From: Streptococcus cuniculi
GTDB lineage: Bacteria > Bacillota > Bacilli > Lactobacillales > Streptococcaceae
Assembly: GCF_001921845.1 (NCBI RefSeq)
Contig: NZ_MSJM01000001.1
Span: 233,691 to 257,690, forward strand
Length of the DNA stretch: 24,000 nucleotides
Reading direction: 5' to 3'
Part shown: positions 20,855 to 24,000 of the stretch, piece by piece
Layout: each line of letters opens with the position of its first letter
Numbering within the stretch: the first letter of the stretch is position 1
Made by a program: the position numbers and the translations under genes
The notes under the pieces: model-generated
Database searches by the model: none
Told to the model about the DNA's origin: nothing
The model's input: only the letters and a program-made list of their open reading frames with translations

Positions 20855-23800
20855 TAGTCTCCTCCCAACTTGCTCAAATCAATACGGGTTTCATAAAGTC
20901 CTGTAATGGACTGATGAATGAGAGTCGCATCTAAGCACTCCTTGGTAGAAGTGTACCGCTTTCTATCAACTGGCTTCTCAAAAAACTTAAAGGCAGCCGG
21001 TGCTCCAAAAGCTGTAAAGGTTAACAGATTGCTAAAAGAAGAAGCAACTGTCTTGAGGTCTTGTTCATCAGCTTGGTCATATAAGGCCTGGATTTGTCTC
21101 CATTTATCTTCTGCTAAAACGTATTTCTCTGCAAAATCACCTATGTAATCAAGCAATTCTTTAAACTGGGAGATGTTCTTTGTTACATGTGCGAGATGAT
21201 CTTCTTGGTCATCTTGTCTTTCGATTCTCTGGGCATGATAGAGTAAAGCAACTAAATCAGCTGGTAATACCATTTGATTGCCTTTTTGCAGTTCTTTTGC
21301 ACTAGCTAATAAACGTCTGCGACCATTCTCAAATTCAAATAAGCTAAACTTCGGCAGTTTCAAAATGGTATCTGTTTGGATATTGTGATAGCCTTTCTTT
21401 TCCAGAAATGCAACTGGATCTTTTTCAAACGCTGGTCGCTCCATAATGGTAATCCCAACTAATTCTTTGACGGTTTTTAATTTCTTGGCCTTCCCCTTTT
21501 CAATATCTGCAACTACAAAGACAGAATAGGCAACCGTCGGATGATCAAATCCGCCATATTTCTTCGGATCAAGGAAAATGTGCTTAGTTTTTCTAGCAAT
21601 GAGCTTAGCAGAATCTCTTTTTGATTGAATGGATTCATTAGAGAAGCCTCCCGTTTGAACCTCCACCTTTTTCACCACATTAACTTGCGGATAGGAGAGA
21701 ACCTTCCGAACAGTTGCAAAATCTTTGTTCTTATCCCAGACAATCTCACCGGTTTCGGAATTAACTTCAACAGTTGGTTGCTCAATCTCACTACCATCTG
21801 CTAACTTAATCTTCGTTTTAAAGAAATTCAGTAGATTTGAGTAAAAGAATTTCTTGGCGGTTGCTTTTCCAAGCTCAGACTGATTATTCGTTTTTGCAAC
21901 TAATTTCCGAAGATTGTACTTTTTATATTCACCATAGACAAATTCTGGCGCTAACTTTGGATATTTTTTCAAGAGAGCTGTACCAACAACAGCATTTAGA
22001 TAGGCATCGTGAGCATGGTGATAATCATTGATTTCCCGCACTTTATAAAGCTGAAAGTCTCTGCGGAATTGCGATACGAGTTCGGATTTCAAGGTGACGA
22101 TTTTAGTCGTTCGAATAACCTTACCCGCCTCATCTTTTTCCTTATTCCAACGACTGTCTAAGATTTGGGCAACGTGTTTGGTAATTTGTCGTGTTTCTAC
22201 TAGTTGGCGTTTGATAAAACCAGCCTTATCGCGCTCAGTCAGTCCACCGCGTTCTGCTCTGGTCAGATTCTGATATTTGCGTTCAGAGATTAAACCAGCT
22301 TTCTGCAGTTTTATCCATAAAGATTTCCTAGCACGGACAACTTCTATACTTGGAACATTATCTGACTTTCCGCGATTCTCAGCAGAACTTGTCAAAACCC
22401 TATTATCTAAAGAATCATCCTTGATAAAACTGCGTGGAATGATATGATCGATATCATATTCGTGGAGTTTATCAATATCAAGCGGATCGCCCGTGTACAT
22501 ATCCTGACCATTTTGAAGATAGTAGAGGAATAAGCGATCATTTTGAAGGCTTTGATTATCTAAGTCTTTAATACGAACAGTACTCCCTTGCAATTTTTCC
22601 ATACCAGTCTGGAGCCGTTTCAAGCGTGGTTGTGAATTGCCCCTGCCTCTGCTCGTTGTCTGATTCTCCCGTGCCATTTCAATGATAATCTGTTCTGGTG
22701 GCTGGTTGCCCATTACCCGAACCAATTCGTCCACAAGCTTCACACTTTGGAGAATGCCTTTTTTAATGGCTGGACTACCTGCTAATCCACGCACGGTATG
22801 AGCTAAACTGTCTTCTTCGCCAATCACTTGTGCCTTTTCAATGATTTCTTTGAAATCCAAATAATCGTCATGAATCAATTGCATGAAATTTCGATTACCA
22901 GCATCATATTTTAGATAATCCAAAATAGTATCACCCGTCGCTTTATGGCGAATACCATTGATTAACTTATACGACAATTTCCCCCAACCTGTATAATGCC
23001 TACGCTCTAGTTTATTCAACTGATCTTGCGTAAACATAGCACGATACTTATCAAGACGTTTGCGAATCATCTCCCTATCTTCAAACAAGGTCAAGGTATG
23101 GAGAATATCTTCAATCATATCTTGGTTAGCTTCATCATCTAAGAAGGATTGATCTAGAATTTTCTTCAAGTCATGATAGGTTCCTAAAGAGGCATTAAAG
23201 GCATTTTTCTCCTTGTCTAAGCCTGTTAAGTCAACAATTCTACAGTCAACAGATTCTTGTTGTAAATAATTTAATAGATGTTGCTTGCTTACCTTCCGGT
23301 ATTTTTTGAAAACATGATTAAAAATCTTTTGTCTCATATCTGGATCAAAAAACTCTTCTGTACCTTGCTCATTTACATATTGGACCTTGATCAACTCGTT
23401 GTAAACTGCAAAAGTTTCATAGACCAGACTATGCTTTGGAAGCACTTTTTCAGCTGGTAAGTAAAAATCGTTTGACGTCATCCGCGTGATAAACTGCTCT
23501 GCCGAACCTTCCTTATCAATCACATCATCAAAATTCCACGGAGTGATCGCATCATCCGAATGGTAGGAAGCCCAGGCAAAGCGACTTCCCTTGCGGGCCA
23601 AGGGACCTACATAATAAGGAATTCTAAAGGTTAGGATTGCCTCAATTTTCTCCTGATGGGTCTTTAAAAATGGATAGTGCGCACCTTGACGGCGTAAAAT
23701 CGCCTGCATTTCTCGTAAATGAATTTGGTGAGGAATAGAGCCATTATCAAAGGTCCGCTGTTTTCGCAAAAAATCCTCACGGTCAATCTTATCGATAAAA

Positions 23801-24000
23801 TACTCACTACCTTTGATTTTGGACAAGATGCCCTTGAGGTAACGATAGAAATCTTCCTGCTTCACACCATTTTCGATATAACCTGCATAGCCATGTTTAC
23901 TAGTATTTTTGAATATGTCTGAATAGCTATCTGGTACATGATTCTTGATAAATTTCTTCAACTGAGCCAAGTCTTCCTGGTGTTCTTCATACCGTTTGAC
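20854..24000 (-). CDS. cas9: Cas9 (SpCas9-like, type II-A), N-terminal ~320 aa outside the window
   Basis: The frame is open to position 24000 ([10 protein letters not shown] precedes the tracked 'M'). It is colinear with SpCas9 from about residue 320. The HNH motifs are [10 protein letters not shown] and [10 protein letters not shown], RuvC-III is [11 protein letters not shown], and the C-terminus is [38 protein letters not shown]. Confidence 0.97.
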   Translation of the reverse strand, partial: VKRYEEHQEDLAQLKKFIKNHVPDSYSDIFKNTSKHGYAGYIENGVKQEDFYRYLKGILSKIKGSEYFIDKIDREDFLRKQRTFDNGSIPHQIHLREMQAILRRQGAHYPFLKTHQEKIEAILTFRIPYYVGPLARKGSRFAWASYHSDDAITPWNFDDVIDKEGSAEQFITRMTSNDFYLPAEKVLPKHSLVYETFAVYNELIKVQYVNEQGTEEFFDPDMRQKIFNHVFKKYRKVSKQHLLNYLQQESVDCRIVDLTGLDKEKNAFNASLGTYHDLKKILDQSFLDDEANQDMIEDILHTLTLFEDREMIRKRLDKYRAMFTQDQLNKLERRHYTGWGKLSYKLINGIRHKATGDTILDYLKYDAGNRNFMQLIHDDYLDFKEIIEKAQVIGEEDSLAHTVRGLAGSPAIKKGILQSVKLVDELVRVMGNQPPEQIIIEMARENQTTSRGRGNSQPRLKRLQTGMEKLQGSTVRIKDLDNQSLQNDRLFLYYLQNGQDMYTGDPLDIDKLHEYDIDHIIPRSFIKDDSLDNRVLTSSAENRGKSDNVPSIEVVRARKSLWIKLQKAGLISERKYQNLTRAERGGLTERDKAGFIKRQLVETRQITKHVAQILDSRWNKEKDEAGKVIRTTKIVTLKSELVSQFRRDFQLYKVREINDYHHAHDAYLNAVVGTALLKKYPKLAPEFVYGEYKKYNLRKLVAKTNNQSELGKATAKKFFYSNLLNFFKTKIKLADGSEIEQPTVEVNSETGEIVWDKNKDFATVRKVLSYPQVNVVKKVEVQTGGFSNESIQSKRDSAKLIARKTKHIFLDPKKYGGFDHPTVAYSVFVVADIEKGKAKKLKTVKELVGITIMERPAFEKDPVAFLEKKGYHNIQTDTILKLPKFSLFEFENGRRRLLASAKELQKGNQMVLPADLVALLYHAQRIERQDDQEDHLAHVTKNISQFKELLDYIGDFAEKYVLAEDKWRQIQALYDQADEQDLKTVASSFSNLLTFTAFGAPAAFKFFEKPVDRKRYTSTKECLDATLIHQSITGLYETRIDLSKLGGD

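Noticed and set aside
23968-23970. 'Start codon' of the 1038-aa Cas9 ORF
   Set aside because: It is a TTG inside the protein. The frame stays open to the window edge and aligns with SpCas9 residue ~320 onward, so the gene is truncated by the window and not short.
18754-24000. Claim that the CRISPR-cas block is horizontally acquired, based on lower GC
   Set aside because: The cas region looks more AT-rich by eye, but I did not compute the composition. Lower GC is also common for cas genes in general, so this is not reported as a finding.

Overview
This 24-kb chromosomal segment reads like a viridans/mitis-group Streptococcus. That taxon call is an inference from gene content, a BOX-like repeat and an SpCas9-like type II-A locus. 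Every gene except aspA lies on the minus strand.

Four blocks:
1. 1-5519, housekeeping: vanZ-like (partial), rlmN, yutD-like, a SepM/YlbL-like PDZ-Lon peptidase, coaD, rsmD, a Cys-less membrane rhodanese and yqgQ.
2. 5801-15894, an 11-gene accessory operon. In transcription order it encodes a PRD/HTH regulator, Lac/Cel-family PTS EIIA, EIIB and EIIC, a short GrdB-N-terminal-like protein, a degenerate M42 peptidase, an intact M42 peptidase, an AGA-type glycosylasparaginase, an M20 Sapep/PepV-like dipeptidase and an unknown protein.
3. 15999-18698, a LysR regulator divergent from aspA.
4. 18754-24000, a type II-A CRISPR-Cas locus: cas9 (N-terminus outside the window), cas1, cas2, csn2, a leader and a 3-repeat/2-spacer array. 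No tracrRNA was found in the window.

The best candidate for an undescribed system is the PTS-coupled glycosylasparaginase/peptidase operon, possibly for uptake and breakdown of glyco-Asn or N-glycopeptide remnants. In this sequence its regulator and EIIA are both broken by single-base changes in A-runs.

Other items worth a second look:
- a 3 x ~110-bp tandem repeat plus a 19-bp stem-loop inside that operon
- a related repeat inserted in the aspA leader
- a 280-bp highly structured insertion with 14-bp flanking duplications at the 3' end of the sepM-like gene
- a very short CRISPR array whose leader-proximal repeat is divergent

All calls come from reading the sequence and ORF translations by eye. 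No BLAST, HMM or RNA-folding computation was possible.
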